This document shows positions 1 through 10,149 of a stretch of 64,000 bases of DNA, piece by piece (positions within the stretch are counted from its first letter, which is position 1; every line of letters starts with the position of its first letter). The translations under genes and the position numbers were made by a program. This DNA is from an uncultured Clostridia bacterium (GTDB lineage: Bacteria > Bacillota > Clostridia > Oscillospirales > JAAYOS01). The notes below the pieces were generated by a model. The model ran no database searches. It saw only the letters and a program-made list of their open reading frames with translations, and was not told where the DNA came from. The DNA lies in contig CANQDU010000003.1 of the NCBI GenBank assembly GCA_947593925.1, positions 34,855 through 98,854 on the forward strand, read 5' to 3'.

Positions 1-246
1 CGTGTCGGCATCTACGTCATAAGCCACGCGGCCATGATGAACATAGTATTCATGCTCGCCGGCGGCGCCGAGTCGCCGAACATGGTGGTCGTGGTGTTCG
101 GAAACCTCATCGTCATGGCCCTCGAGGGACTGCTTGTCGCAATACAGGTACTGCGTCTCAACTTCTACGAGATGTTCGGCCGGTTCTACGACGGCGGAGG
201 GCGCGAGTTCATCCCGGCGGCCATAGACTTCACCACCGTAGACTGA
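1..246 (+). CDS. atpI: V/A-type ATPase subunit I, C-terminal fragment (truncated by window edge)
   Basis: C-terminal motif 'LEGLLVAIQVLRLNFYEMFGRFYDGGGREF'; directly upstream of subunits K/F/E/A/B/D. Confidence 0.9.
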   Translation, partial: RVGIYVISHAAMMNIVFMLAGGAESPNMVVVVFGNLIVMALEGLLVAIQVLRLNFYEMFGRFYDGGGREFIPAAIDFTTVD

Positions 247-321
247 CGGCGTCCCGAAGGGACCTGCAAAACGGAACAACACGGTTATCCGACCGTAAAT
301 AATGATTTGGAGGCTAATAAA

Positions 322-747
322 ATGGAATTCCTTACATCTCTTGTGCTCGTAGTGCTGCTTCTCTCCCCGCTCTTTGTCATCTACTACCTCAATAAGAAGG
401 GCAAGAACGTGAAGAAGGGCATGATCGCAAACATCATCTGCTTCTTCGTGCTCGTGATAGGCTTCACTGCGGCGAACATCGGCGGCGTCGCGAGCGCCGC
501 CGAGGCCACTCAGCCCGCCGGCCTCACCATCGGCGACGGCATAGGCCTCATCAGCGCCGCGCTCTCCACCGGTCTCTCCTGCATCGGCGGCGGCATCGCG
601 GTCGCGTCGAGCGCGACGGCGGCCATCGGCGCCATGAGCGAGGATCAGTCCACCTTCGGCAAGAGCCTGATATTCGTCGGCATGGCGGAAGGCGTCGCGC
701 TCTACGGCATGCTCGTCAGCTTCCAGATAATAGCTAAGGTCGGCTGA
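322..747 (+). CDS. atpK: V/A-type ATPase proteolipid subunit K/c with N-terminal hydrophobic extension
   Basis: Gly/Ala-rich hairpin with conserved Glu in 'GMAEGVALYG'; ATG at 322 downstream of GGAGG. Confidence 0.88.
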   Translation: MEFLTSLVLVVLLLSPLFVIYYLNKKGKNVKKGMIANIICFFVLVIGFTAANIGGVASAAEATQPAGLTIGDGIGLISAALSTGLSCIGGGIAVASSATAAIGAMSEDQSTFGKSLIFVGMAEGVALYGMLVSFQIIAKVG

Positions 748-1055
748 TGCGTTACTTTCTTATCTCAGACAGCCGCGATACGCTCGTCGGCATGCGCCTT
801 GCGGGCATCGAGGGAGTCCTCGCCGAGGGTCGCGATGAAGTCCGCGCCGTGGTGGCGGACGCCACCGGGAGCGGCGACGTCGGCATACTCCTCATCACCG
901 AGAAGTGCGCCTCGCTCTGCCCGGAGCTCATAAACGATCTGCGGCTGCGGCTCACCACGCCGCTCATAGTCGAGATACCCAACCGACACGGCACCGGTCG
1001 CGCGCCGGATTCTATCACGCGCTACATCCGTGAATCTATCGGCGTCAAGCTGTGA
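747..1055 (+). CDS. atpF: V/A-type ATPase subunit F
   Basis: 'DTLVGMRLAGIEG', 'PLIVEIP', 'YIRESIGVKL'; TGATG overlap with the previous gene. Confidence 0.9.
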   Translation: MRYFLISDSRDTLVGMRLAGIEGVLAEGRDEVRAVVADATGSGDVGILLITEKCASLCPELINDLRLRLTTPLIVEIPNRHGTGRAPDSITRYIRESIGVKL

Positions 1056-1067
1056 GGAGGACGCGAG

Positions 1068-1652
1068 ATGGCAGACGAAAAGCTTGAAAGCTTTATTTCA
1101 ACAATACGCGAGGACGCACAGCGCGAGAAGGAAGCGCTCGACGATGAGATAGCCTCTAAGCGCGAAGCGTTCCTCTCCGGAGCGGAGGACGAGCTGCTTG
1201 ACGAGGTGTATGCCTACATCCGCACCGCCACCTCCCGCATCCGCACCGACGCGGGCAGGCGCGTCTCCCAGAAGATGTTCGAGGAGAAGCGCGAGCTGTA
1301 CCGCCACCGCACGGAGGTCGCTCTGTCCGTCGCGGAGGACGCAAAGAGGCGGATAGCTGAGTACACCGAGACGCCGGAGTACCGCGAGCGGCTCGTTCGT
1401 CTCGCGAAATACGCCGCGTCAAAGCTCGGAGACGGCAAGGTCAGCATATACCTCCGCCATGATGATATGCCGCTCGCGGAGCAGATCTCCGAGGCAAGCG
1501 GCGCGGAGGTCGCGGAGGGCGGCTTCACGCTCGGCGGGCTCATAGCCGAAAATCCCGAGCGTCACCTTCGCCTCGACCTCAGCTACGACGAATCGCTCGC
1601 GCGCACCGCGCAGAGCTTCGGAACGATAGTCGCAAACGACCGCGTCATGTAG
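1068..1652 (+). CDS. atpE: V/A-type ATPase subunit E
   Basis: Charged coiled-coil N-terminus, 'LGGLIAE...LDLSYD' C-terminus; operon position; GAGGAGG RBS. Confidence 0.8.
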   Translation: MADEKLESFISTIREDAQREKEALDDEIASKREAFLSGAEDELLDEVYAYIRTATSRIRTDAGRRVSQKMFEEKRELYRHRTEVALSVAEDAKRRIAEYTETPEYRERLVRLAKYAASKLGDGKVSIYLRHDDMPLAEQISEASGAEVAEGGFTLGGLIAENPERHLRLDLSYDESLARTAQSFGTIVANDRVM

Positions 1653-1663
1653 GAGGGTACCGT

Positions 1664-3415
1664 ATGTACACTGTTTACTCAATAAACGGGCCCGTCGTGC
1701 GCGCGCGCGGCGGCACAGACCTCGGCGCGATGGACATGGTCTACGTCGGAAACATGAAGCTCATCGGCGAGGTCGTGTCCATTTCCGGCGACGAGGCGAC
1801 TATTCAGGTCTACGAGGAGACCTCCGGCCTCCGCCCCGGCGAGCCGGTCGAGAGCACCGGCGGGGCGATGGCGATAACCCTCGGCCCCGGACTTATCGGA
1901 AATATCTTCGACGGGATAGCGCGTCCCCTGCGCGCACTTGAAAAGGCGTCCGGCAGCTTCATCGTGAGAGGCATAAACGTCGGGTCGCTCGACGAGGAGA
2001 AGAAGTGGGACGTGACCGTCACCGCCTCGGTGGGCGATGTTCTCGAAGCGGGCGCCATATTCGCGACGCTCACCGAGTCCGAGATGATAGAGCACCGCTG
2101 CATGGTGCCGCCGGAGCTCTCCGGAACGGTCACAAAGGTCGTGCCGAACGGAAACTATACCGTCACCGACACCATCATCGAGCTTGACACCGGGCGCGGC
2201 GTCGTGCCGCTGAAGCTCGCGCAGCGCTGGCCGATACGCAAGAGCCGTCCCTTCACCGAGCGGCTTCCGATAGACCGTCCGCTGATAACCGGGCAGCGGA
2301 TCATGGACACGCTCTTCCCTCTCGCGAAGGGCGGGTGCGCCGCTCTGCCGGGGCCCTTCGGCGCCGGCAAGACGGTAAACCAGCACCAGCTCGCGAAGTG
2401 GTCTGACGCGGACATAATCGTCTACCTCGGCTGCGGCGAGCGCGGCAACGAGATGACGCAGGTGCTCGAGGAGTTCTCCGAGCTCGAGGACCCGAGGAGC
2501 GGCAAGCCGATACTCAGCCGCACCGTCCTCATAGCTAACACCTCAAACATGCCGGTCGCGGCGCGCGAGGCGTCGATATACACCGGCATGACTATAGCCG
2601 AATACTACCGCGACATGGGCTACCACGTCGCGATAATGGCGGACAGCACCTCCCGCTGGGCGGAGGCTCTGCGCGAGATCTCCGGCCGTCTCGAGGAGAT
2701 ACCCGCCGAGGAGGGCTTTCCCGCATACCTTCCCTCCCGCCTCGCGGAGTTCTACGAGCGCGCGGGATATGTCCGCACGCTCGGCGGCGGAGAGGGCTCG
2801 GTCACGGTCATCGGAGCCGTCAGCCCGCAGGGCGGCGACTTCTCCGAGCCGGTCACGCAGAACACCAAGCGCTTCGTGCGCTGCTTCTGGGCGCTCGACC
2901 GCGAGCTCGCGTATGCGCGCCACTTTCCCGCGATAAACTGGATGACCTCCTACTCCGAGTACGCCGAGGAGCTTGACGGCTGGTACAACGAGCACGTCGG
3001 CCCGGACTTCGTGAAGTGCCGCCGCAGGATACAGGCGCTCATGCAGGAGGAGGCGAGCCTCATGGAGATTGTGAAGCTCATAGGCTCGGACATCCTGCCG
3101 GAGGACCAGAAGCTCGTCATAGAGACGGCGCGGATAGTCCGCTCCGGCTTCCTCCAGCAGAACTCCTTCCACGCGGTTGACACCTACGTCCCGCTCGAAA
3201 AGCAGCTGAAGATGATGCAGACGATACTCTACTTCTACGACCGCGCGGGCGAGCTCGTGGCAAAGAGCATCCCCATCTCCCGCCTGCGCGAGACGAACGT
3301 CTCCGAGTCGCTGATACGCATGAAGTACGACGTTCCGAACGACGACCTGTCCGCTTTTGACGACTACCGGGAGCTCATCGACCGCGCCGTCGGGAGCATA
3401 ACGAGCGAATACTGA
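1664..3415 (+). CDS. atpA: V/A-type ATPase catalytic subunit A
   Basis: P-loop GPFGAGKT, 'GCGERGNEM', '[13 protein letters not shown]', 'PAINW'; 583 aa. Confidence 0.97.
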   Translation: MYTVYSINGPVVRARGGTDLGAMDMVYVGNMKLIGEVVSISGDEATIQVYEETSGLRPGEPVESTGGAMAITLGPGLIGNIFDGIARPLRALEKASGSFIVRGINVGSLDEEKKWDVTVTASVGDVLEAGAIFATLTESEMIEHRCMVPPELSGTVTKVVPNGNYTVTDTIIELDTGRGVVPLKLAQRWPIRKSRPFTERLPIDRPLITGQRIMDTLFPLAKGGCAALPGPFGAGKTVNQHQLAKWSDADIIVYLGCGERGNEMTQVLEEFSELEDPRSGKPILSRTVLIANTSNMPVAAREASIYTGMTIAEYYRDMGYHVAIMADSTSRWAEALREISGRLEEIPAEEGFPAYLPSRLAEFYERAGYVRTLGGGEGSVTVIGAVSPQGGDFSEPVTQNTKRFVRCFWALDRELAYARHFPAINWMTSYSEYAEELDGWYNEHVGPDFVKCRRRIQALMQEEASLMEIVKLIGSDILPEDQKLVIETARIVRSGFLQQNSFHAVDTYVPLEKQLKMMQTILYFYDRAGELVAKSIPISRLRETNVSESLIRMKYDVPNDDLSAFDDYRELIDRAVGSITSEY

Positions 3416-3428
3416 GGGGGCTTTTGAA

Positions 3429-4841
3429 ATGCAGATGGAATATATCGGGCTGAGCTCGATAAACGGCCCGCTCGTCGCGCTCGACGGCGTCAAGGGCGTC
3501 GCTTACGACGAGCTGTGCGAATTCACACTGCCCTCCGGGGAGCGCCGGACCGGCAGAGTCACGATGATAGACGGCGAGCGCGTGGTCGTCCAGGTCTTTG
3601 AGGGTACGAAGGGCATGGCGTCCTCCGGCCCGAGGACGCGCTTCCTCGGCAGTCCGATGACGCTTCCGCTCTCCACCGAAATGCTCGGGCGCGTGTTTGA
3701 CGGCGCGGGACGTCCCGCCGACGGGCTCGGCGCGCTCTACCCCGACGAGAGCCGCGACATCAACGGCTCCGCGATAAATCCCGTGAGCCGCGCCTACCCG
3801 CGTTCCTGCATTACGACCGGCATCTCGGCAATAGACGGAATGGCGACGCTTATACGCGGCCAGAAGCTCCCCATCTTCTCCGGCTCGGGCATGAAGCACA
3901 ACGAGCTTGCCGCGCAGATAGTCCGCCAGGCGAAGATCTCCGGCGAGGACGGACAGTTTGCGATAGTCTTCTGCGCCATGGGCGTCAAGAACGATACGGC
4001 CGACTTCTTCCGCAAGAGCTTCGAGGAGAGCGGCGCGCTGATGCGCGTGACGATGTTTCTGAACCTCGCGAGCGACCCGATAATCGAACGCATACTCTGC
4101 CCGCGCTGCGCGCTTACGGCGGCGGAGTACCTCGCGTTCAAGCACGGCTATCACGTCCTCGTCATCATGACCGACATGACCTCCTACTGCGAGGCGGTGC
4201 GTGAGCTTTCGAGCTCGCGCGGCGAGATACCGAGCCGCAAGGGCTTCCCGAGCTATCTTTACAGCGACCTTGCCTCGCTCTACGAGCGCGCGGGAATGAT
4301 ACACGAGAGCACCGGCTCGGTGACTCAGGTGCCGATACTCACCATGCCGAATGACGACATCACGCACCCCATCCCCGACCTCACCGGCTACATCACCGAG
4401 GGACAGATAGTGCTCGCGCGCGAGCTTGACGGCAAAGGAATATATCCCCCGATAAGCGTTCTCCCCTCTCTCTCGCGACTGATGAAGGACGGCGTCGGAG
4501 AGGGCTTCACGCGGGAGGACCACTCTCCCCTTTCAAACCAGCTTTTCGCCGCGTATTCAAAGACGCAGGAGGCGCGGAGCCTCGCCTCGGTCATAGGCGA
4601 GGACGAGCTGAGCGACACTGACAAGGCGTATATCGAATTCGGCAACGAGTTCGAGCGCCGGTTCGTCGCCCAGCAGTACGACGAGGACAGGTCGCTCGAG
4701 CAGACGCTCGACCTCGGGTGGCGGCTTCTCACGCTGCTCCCGAAGAGCGAGCTTGACCGCATCGACACCGCGATGCTCGATAAGTATCTTCCCCGCGCGC
4801 AGACGAGCTCCTCCTTCCTTTCCGGGGAGGGTGACAACTGA
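3429..4841 (+). CDS. atpB: V/A-type ATPase subunit B
   Basis: '[12 protein letters not shown]', '[12 protein letters not shown]', '[15 protein letters not shown]'. Confidence 0.97.
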   Translation: MQMEYIGLSSINGPLVALDGVKGVAYDELCEFTLPSGERRTGRVTMIDGERVVVQVFEGTKGMASSGPRTRFLGSPMTLPLSTEMLGRVFDGAGRPADGLGALYPDESRDINGSAINPVSRAYPRSCITTGISAIDGMATLIRGQKLPIFSGSGMKHNELAAQIVRQAKISGEDGQFAIVFCAMGVKNDTADFFRKSFEESGALMRVTMFLNLASDPIIERILCPRCALTAAEYLAFKHGYHVLVIMTDMTSYCEAVRELSSSRGEIPSRKGFPSYLYSDLASLYERAGMIHESTGSVTQVPILTMPNDDITHPIPDLTGYITEGQIVLARELDGKGIYPPISVLPSLSRLMKDGVGEGFTREDHSPLSNQLFAAYSKTQEARSLASVIGEDELSDTDKAYIEFGNEFERRFVAQQYDEDRSLEQTLDLGWRLLTLLPKSELDRIDTAMLDKYLPRAQTSSSFLSGEGDN

Positions 4842-5452
4842 TGCCGACAGCTCCTACCAAAGGCAACCTCATCGCTCGGAAGCGCTCCCTCGAGCTCGCG
4901 AACACCGGCTTCGACCTCATGGACAGGAAGCGGAACATCCTCATCCGCGAGATAATGTCGCTTATCGACCGCGCGGGCGAGCTCCAGTCTCGCATAGACA
5001 GCTGCTTCTCCTCCGCGTACAAGGCGCTCCAGGCGGCAAACATCGCCTTCGGACGGATCGACCCGTTCGCGGAGTCGGTTCCGATCGACCGCTCCATAGA
5101 GATACGCACCCGCTCGGTAATGGGCGTGGAGATACCCTCCATCCGTGACAGCGACGCGCCGGTCCGCATGAGCTACGGACTGCGCGGCACCGGTTCCGCG
5201 CTCGACGAGGCGTTCGTCCGCTTCCACGAGGTCAAGCGCCTCACAAAGGAGCTTGCGGAGGTCGAGAACACCATCTACCGCCTCGCCTACGCCATAAAGC
5301 GGACGCAGAAGCGCGCGAACGCATTAAAGAACATCATAATACCCAACCTCACCTCCGAGATAAAGTACATCTCGGAGGTGCTTGAGGAGAAGGAGCGTGA
5401 GGAGTTCTCGCGCCTGAAGCTCATAAAGACGAGGAACGAAAGCTCAAGATAG
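4841..5452 (+). CDS. atpD: V/A-type ATPase subunit D
   Basis: 'PTKGNL', 'IKRTQKRANALKNIIIP', 'LEEKEREEFSRLK'. Confidence 0.95.
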   Translation: MPTAPTKGNLIARKRSLELANTGFDLMDRKRNILIREIMSLIDRAGELQSRIDSCFSSAYKALQAANIAFGRIDPFAESVPIDRSIEIRTRSVMGVEIPSIRDSDAPVRMSYGLRGTGSALDEAFVRFHEVKRLTKELAEVENTIYRLAYAIKRTQKRANALKNIIIPNLTSEIKYISEVLEEKEREEFSRLKLIKTRNESSR

Positions 5453-5466
5453 CGCCTACCAAATAA

Positions 5467-5496
5467 TGCCCCCGGACGGGTATTCCGTCCGGGGCA
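5467..5496. terminator. Rho-independent terminator between convergent atpD and the lipoprotein gene
   Basis: Inverted repeat CCCCGGACGG/CCGTCCGGGG flanked by A- and T-rich sequence. Confidence 0.75.
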
Positions 5497-5530
5497 GTTT
5501 GATATTCGTTTTGAATTTTGACTCACGCCG

Positions 5531-7000
5531 TCACCAGCCGCTCGGATAGTCCAGCTCGGACGTAACAAAGTCCAGCTCGTAATAAGGCAGCCGGCCCGCA
5601 AGCGGCTCGTGCGCTACGATGCGGTAGCGCTTCACCTCCGGCGCTATCGAGAAGGTGACGCTCGTCTCCGTTCCGCTCTGGCGCACCGTCGTCACCGTAT
5701 AGAGCCCGGTCGAAGCGCCGAGGAACGCCGGTTCCTCCTCCGTAAGGGTGACGCCCGAGAAGTAGAGCGTGACGCTGCCGCTTCCGCTCACCGAACGTAT
5801 CTGCGGCGCGGCTCCGCCCGTGTCAAAGATAAAGGCCGCCGAGCCCTCGCCCGTGACGAGGTCGTAGAGCGTTCCGCGCGAGCTTCCTCCGAAGCTCGTG
5901 GAACCGCCCAGCGGGACGCAGTACTCCTCCGACCTGTACGTTCCGTTCGACCAGACGTATAACTGCGGCGGCAGGACCTCGCCGACTTCGTCGGTCAGGC
6001 CGCGCACCTGCATCCAGACCTCGCCGCCCTCGCGCAGTTCAAAGGCGGCGAGCTGTGCCGCCTCAAAGTCGCCGAACGGGGGCGACAGGAGGACGGGTCT
6101 TCCGTTCTCCCCCACCGACATGTACGCGATGGGCGTTGCCGCGCCTGTCGTGCGGTCGAAGAGCTCGAGCCCGCTCCACTGGCCGGAGTAGCTGACAAGG
6201 CGGAGGTTCCCGACGTCGCGGCTGTCTTCCACGGTCATGCCCCGCCGCGTGTAGAAGCTCGTTATCTCGGTGTTCAGATAGAGCGAGCCGTTCTGCGGAG
6301 CGGGTATCGTCCCGTCGTCGGTGACGGGTACGGACGAGACCCAGCGCGCGCCGGTCTCGTCCTTCTTTATCAGCAGCTCGTAGAGGCTTCCGGTATTTTC
6401 GAAGTACGCGGCGCTCTGGTTTGCCGCGTACAGTATGTACCGCAGACGGAGCTCGGTTTCCGACTCCTCCGCCCTGTACACTTCCGCAGCAAAGCCGACG
6501 TACATCTCCGCCGGCAGGACGAACGTATCCTCCTCGCCGTCGTACAGCGGGAAGCTCTTGAGGTAGCCGACATCGACCTCGAAGTACTGCCGGAGCGTGG
6601 CGCAGAACATATCGTCGGGCACGCGGTAGACGTCCTCGCTCTCGCTGAGGTACTGATCTATCGGGTAGCCCCGCCGATCGTCACCGAGCAGGACATAGAA
6701 CTGACCGAACTCCTCCGCGCCGATGTCCTCCGCAGCGCGCCACCCGCTGTGTATCGGTAGAAGCGGGTCCACGTACCACCTGCAGTAATCGGCGAGTCGG
6801 GCGGCGTCGTCAAGCGTGTCGTACACCTCCACCGCATCGTCGCCGCCGTCAGGGACCGGCGTGGGATCGTCGAGGCGTATGCTCTCGACCCGGTGCGGCG
6901 GCGGCGAATCGGACGGCTCGGACGAGCCGCCGCATCCGCCGGCGAGCAGCATGAGCGCCAGAAATACCGGCAATATGAATTTTAACAGCTTTCCGGGCAT
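5531..7000 (-). CDS. Uncharacterised lipoprotein, last gene of the glucan-phosphorylase operon
   Basis: ATG at 7000 with GGAGG RBS; signal peptide and lipobox 'LMLLAGGC'; Pro/Ser linker; the longer ORF-track start at 7336 overlaps the upstream gene. Confidence 0.75.
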   Translation of the reverse strand: MPGKLLKFILPVFLALMLLAGGCGGSSEPSDSPPPHRVESIRLDDPTPVPDGGDDAVEVYDTLDDAARLADYCRWYVDPLLPIHSGWRAAEDIGAEEFGQFYVLLGDDRRGYPIDQYLSESEDVYRVPDDMFCATLRQYFEVDVGYLKSFPLYDGEEDTFVLPAEMYVGFAAEVYRAEESETELRLRYILYAANQSAAYFENTGSLYELLIKKDETGARWVSSVPVTDDGTIPAPQNGSLYLNTEITSFYTRRGMTVEDSRDVGNLRLVSYSGQWSGLELFDRTTGAATPIAYMSVGENGRPVLLSPPFGDFEAAQLAAFELREGGEVWMQVRGLTDEVGEVLPPQLYVWSNGTYRSEEYCVPLGGSTSFGGSSRGTLYDLVTGEGSAAFIFDTGGAAPQIRSVSGSGSVTLYFSGVTLTEEEPAFLGASTGLYTVTTVRQSGTETSVTFSIAPEVKRYRIVAHEPLAGRLPYYELDFVTSELDYPSGW

Positions 7001-7026
7001 AGTTTCCTCCGACAGTTTTTGCGTGT

Positions 7027-10000
7027 TTACCCGAAGCAGACCTCCACGCGGCGCGCCTCGCCCGCGCGTATGCGCTCCGCGGGCTTGCCGCAGACCTCTC
7101 CGCCCTCGAAGACGTCCGCTGCGCCGTCCTTCCACTCGACGCGGACGGAGCTCACGCCGTACTCTCCGGGGATGAGCTCGCCGCGCGCGGCATAGTGGAC
7201 CTCCGTGCCGCCGAGGAGCGTGCAGTCCACGCCCTTTTCGTCCGCGAGGTAACCGGGTATCGCCGGAAGCGGACGGAACGCAAGCGCGCCTCCCTCGAGC
7301 GTGAACGAATGCTCGCCGAACATCATCGTCTGCCATATCTGCATGAACTCCGCCGTCGAGCCGGAGAGACGCGCGACAAAGCCCTTGCCGCGTATCGACG
7401 GGTCGGGGTTCGCGGAGGACGCGATAAAGCTCGAGTTCTCGAGCGGGCTGCGTCCGTACTTCTCCGGCGAGAGGAACGGTATCCCCGCCTTACGGAACTC
7501 CGAGAAGAACTCCCGGTAAAGTCCCGCGCGGAGCAGTCCGAGCAGATACTTGTACTCCATGTGGAGCCATATCGACTCGTTTTCGAGCCATCCGGGTGTG
7601 AACGCGCGGCAACGTCCGAGCTCGTAGGAGCTCGACGCGAGCGACGTGTTGACCTTGTACATCCCGAGCGCCTCGTCGTAGAGTCCGCTCGCGCGAACCT
7701 TCTCGTGCAGCTCGGCGGGCGTGAGCTTCGCCCCCGGCATCTTCATGTAGCGCACCGCTCCCTCGAGGAAGGTCGGAAGCGCGCTCTCGCGGACGTCCTT
7801 CGGGACGATGTGTCCGTCCACTGTGTCGTAGTCGGTCACCTCGTAGGTGAAGTAGCAGGGCGGCACGCCGTCCGCGCTGTACGCGCGGGCACGCTCGACG
7901 CCGTCCGAGACGAGCTTCTTCCAGCCCGCGAGCAGCTCCGCCGCGGCGGCGGCGCTCAGAGTGACCTCCTCGCCGTCTATGCCGTCGTTTATCCTCTCGC
8001 GGTACGCCTCCTTGAGGTCGCCGACCTTCATCCAGTAGTCGAAGCGCGTCAGGCGGCCGCCGGCAAGCGCATCCTGCGCCGCCGTGAGACCCTCGATGTA
8101 GTCCGCGCACTCGCGCGGTATGCGGACATCCCTCTTGTGGCGGCGGAGCGCCGACTCGACGTAGTCTATCAGCCGGACGAGCTCGCAGCTCTCCGCCATG
8201 GAGGAGCCGAAGAGCCCCGGAAGGCCGTTCAGCGCGTCGTACCAGCCGGGCTTGCCCGCCTCCATCTCGACGCCCATGCCGAGCGGGTCGAGCGCCGCCG
8301 TCTTGTTCATGGCGAGCACTATGAGCTTCGAGATGAGGTTCGTGCGGTAGTCCGCGCCCTTTCCGTGCGCGACGCCGGCCCACTCGCGCTCGGTCTTGCG
8401 CTCCTCCACGCCGCCGTACTGGCGGACGCCCTTCGGCGTGAGCGTATAGCGCTTCGCGCGCGGACTCACCGCCGCGCGGCTCTCGTAGTACCTGTAGGTG
8501 TTGTCGTCAAACAGAAGCTCCTCCTCGCGCTCCGGGAACACCGCAAGCAGGCTCTCTATGAGGTCGAGGTTGTAGGTCCAGTGGTCTATCCAGTAGCCCT
8601 CGCCGAAGGTGGCGTTTATATCGCCCTCCGCAAGCGAAAGTATCTCCTCAAACGTCTGAGACTTCCCGCTCCGCTCGAGAAGCGCCGCGAGCGCTCCCGG
8701 CGTGAAGTGACCCGAGAGCAGCTTTCGCGCGTCCTCTCCGCCGCCCGCGAGCTGTATGGCGCGGTCGCGCGCGTCCTCCGGGATCGCGAACGTGGCACGC
8801 TCTATCACAAGCGGGTTGAAGCCGTCGAGTTGTATGAGGTCCATAAAGAGCTTGATGTTGTAGTCGCCGACGTAGGGCGCGAACAGCGGGTCGCTGCGGC
8901 GGTTCTGGTTGACGTCGCGGTAATTCGCGTTGCCCTGCGAGTAGTACTCCGCGAGCATCAGGAAGAAGTTGTAGTCGCGCTCTATGTCGCCGTGCTTGCG
9001 CGAGTAGACGTAGAACACCTTTCCGCCGAGCAGGAGCGGGTAGCCTCCGCGCAGGATGTTGTCAAGACAGCTCTGGCGGCAGTACGCATCAAAGACCGGG
9101 TCGGCGGTGCGGGTGGCTATCATGTCGGTGAGACTGTCTGTGAGCTCGACCGAGCGGCGGTGCTTCTCGTCAAACACGCCGGGCGCGCGGAGGCGCTCCG
9201 CCGTCGCGTGCAGTATCTCCTTCGATCCGGCCATACCGAACGCCTCCCGCAGGACGAGGGACTCTCCCGGCGCGAGCGTCTTCGACGCGGCAAAGAACGC
9301 CGTCGGGACGTTGTTCGAGGTCATCTGCGGGCTCTGAAGCAGCTTATCGAGGCCGTTCTCGCGGAAGCCGGTCGCCTCGCTCAGAGCGAGGTTGTAGCCG
9401 AATACGAGCGTCGGGTCCGCTATTACGGGAAGCAGCTCCCCCTCCGGCGTGAAGCCGAAGGCGAAGTGTCCCTCCTTTATCTCGACTATCTCGGTCGTGT
9501 CCTCGCTCGAGGCGCGGAGACGGTAGTACGGCAGGCGCGTCTCCACGTCCTCGACCTGCATCCATGCCTTGTGCGTCTGGGTCATGACCTTCATGATGTT
9601 CGAGCTCGTGCCGTAGGTGATGAACGCGGGCATACCGTCGAGGACTTCGAGCGAGACGTCGCCCGAGCCGGTGTTCTCGATTATCACCTCGCGCATCAGC
9701 GCGCCGACCGGCTCCTCCGGCAGCGTGAAGTAGCGGACGCGGAAGCGCAGTCCCTTCTCCTGAAACGGCTCCTCGAGCAGGAGCTCGTTCATGCCGATGT
9801 GCATAGAGGCGTTCTCGCCGTCGGTCGGGCGGAACGGCTCGAGATACTTGCCGTTCGCCTTCACGAAGGTGCGGAAGCCCTTGTTCGACACCTCCTGATA
9901 CGCGACGTGCGCAGGGCTGAACTCCATTATCGGGTGCTCCTTATCTCCCGAGCCGAACGAGCACACCGCCTGTCCCCTGTTCACATAGAAGCACCAGACG

Positions 10001-10107
10001 GGAATGCCCTTCTCGCCCGCAACACCGGGCAGGAAGCTTGCAAACGCGCTCCCCTTGTGGAAATTGTCGATAACGAACCGTCCGTTTCTGTCAAACATAG
10101 CGCCCAT
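7027..10107 (-). CDS. GH161-like beta-1,3-glucan phosphorylase
   Basis: About 1026 aa; 'FASFLPGVAGEKGIPVWCFYVNRGQ', 'SRKHGDIERDYN', 'GKPGWYDALNGLPG', 'GWLENESIWLHMEYKY', 'LSGSTAEF'; adjacent to a GH94 gene as described for GH161 loci. Confidence 0.75.
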   Translation of the reverse strand: MGAMFDRNGRFVIDNFHKGSAFASFLPGVAGEKGIPVWCFYVNRGQAVCSFGSGDKEHPIMEFSPAHVAYQEVSNKGFRTFVKANGKYLEPFRPTDGENASMHIGMNELLLEEPFQEKGLRFRVRYFTLPEEPVGALMREVIIENTGSGDVSLEVLDGMPAFITYGTSSNIMKVMTQTHKAWMQVEDVETRLPYYRLRASSEDTTEIVEIKEGHFAFGFTPEGELLPVIADPTLVFGYNLALSEATGFRENGLDKLLQSPQMTSNNVPTAFFAASKTLAPGESLVLREAFGMAGSKEILHATAERLRAPGVFDEKHRRSVELTDSLTDMIATRTADPVFDAYCRQSCLDNILRGGYPLLLGGKVFYVYSRKHGDIERDYNFFLMLAEYYSQGNANYRDVNQNRRSDPLFAPYVGDYNIKLFMDLIQLDGFNPLVIERATFAIPEDARDRAIQLAGGGEDARKLLSGHFTPGALAALLERSGKSQTFEEILSLAEGDINATFGEGYWIDHWTYNLDLIESLLAVFPEREEELLFDDNTYRYYESRAAVSPRAKRYTLTPKGVRQYGGVEERKTEREWAGVAHGKGADYRTNLISKLIVLAMNKTAALDPLGMGVEMEAGKPGWYDALNGLPGLFGSSMAESCELVRLIDYVESALRRHKRDVRIPRECADYIEGLTAAQDALAGGRLTRFDYWMKVGDLKEAYRERINDGIDGEEVTLSAAAAAELLAGWKKLVSDGVERARAYSADGVPPCYFTYEVTDYDTVDGHIVPKDVRESALPTFLEGAVRYMKMPGAKLTPAELHEKVRASGLYDEALGMYKVNTSLASSSYELGRCRAFTPGWLENESIWLHMEYKYLLGLLRAGLYREFFSEFRKAGIPFLSPEKYGRSPLENSSFIASSANPDPSIRGKGFVARLSGSTAEFMQIWQTMMFGEHSFTLEGGALAFRPLPAIPGYLADEKGVDCTLLGGTEVHYAARGELIPGEYGVSSVRVEWKDGAADVFEGGEVCGKPAERIRAGEARRVEVCFG

Positions 10108-10149
10108 CCTTTCTCTGTGAGGCGGCTTCCCGCCGTGTTTTTCCTGCCG

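Noticed and set aside
1664-3415. Possible intein in V-ATPase subunit A (PolC also considered)
   Set aside because: Lengths are normal and no splice-junction or homing-endonuclease motifs are visible.
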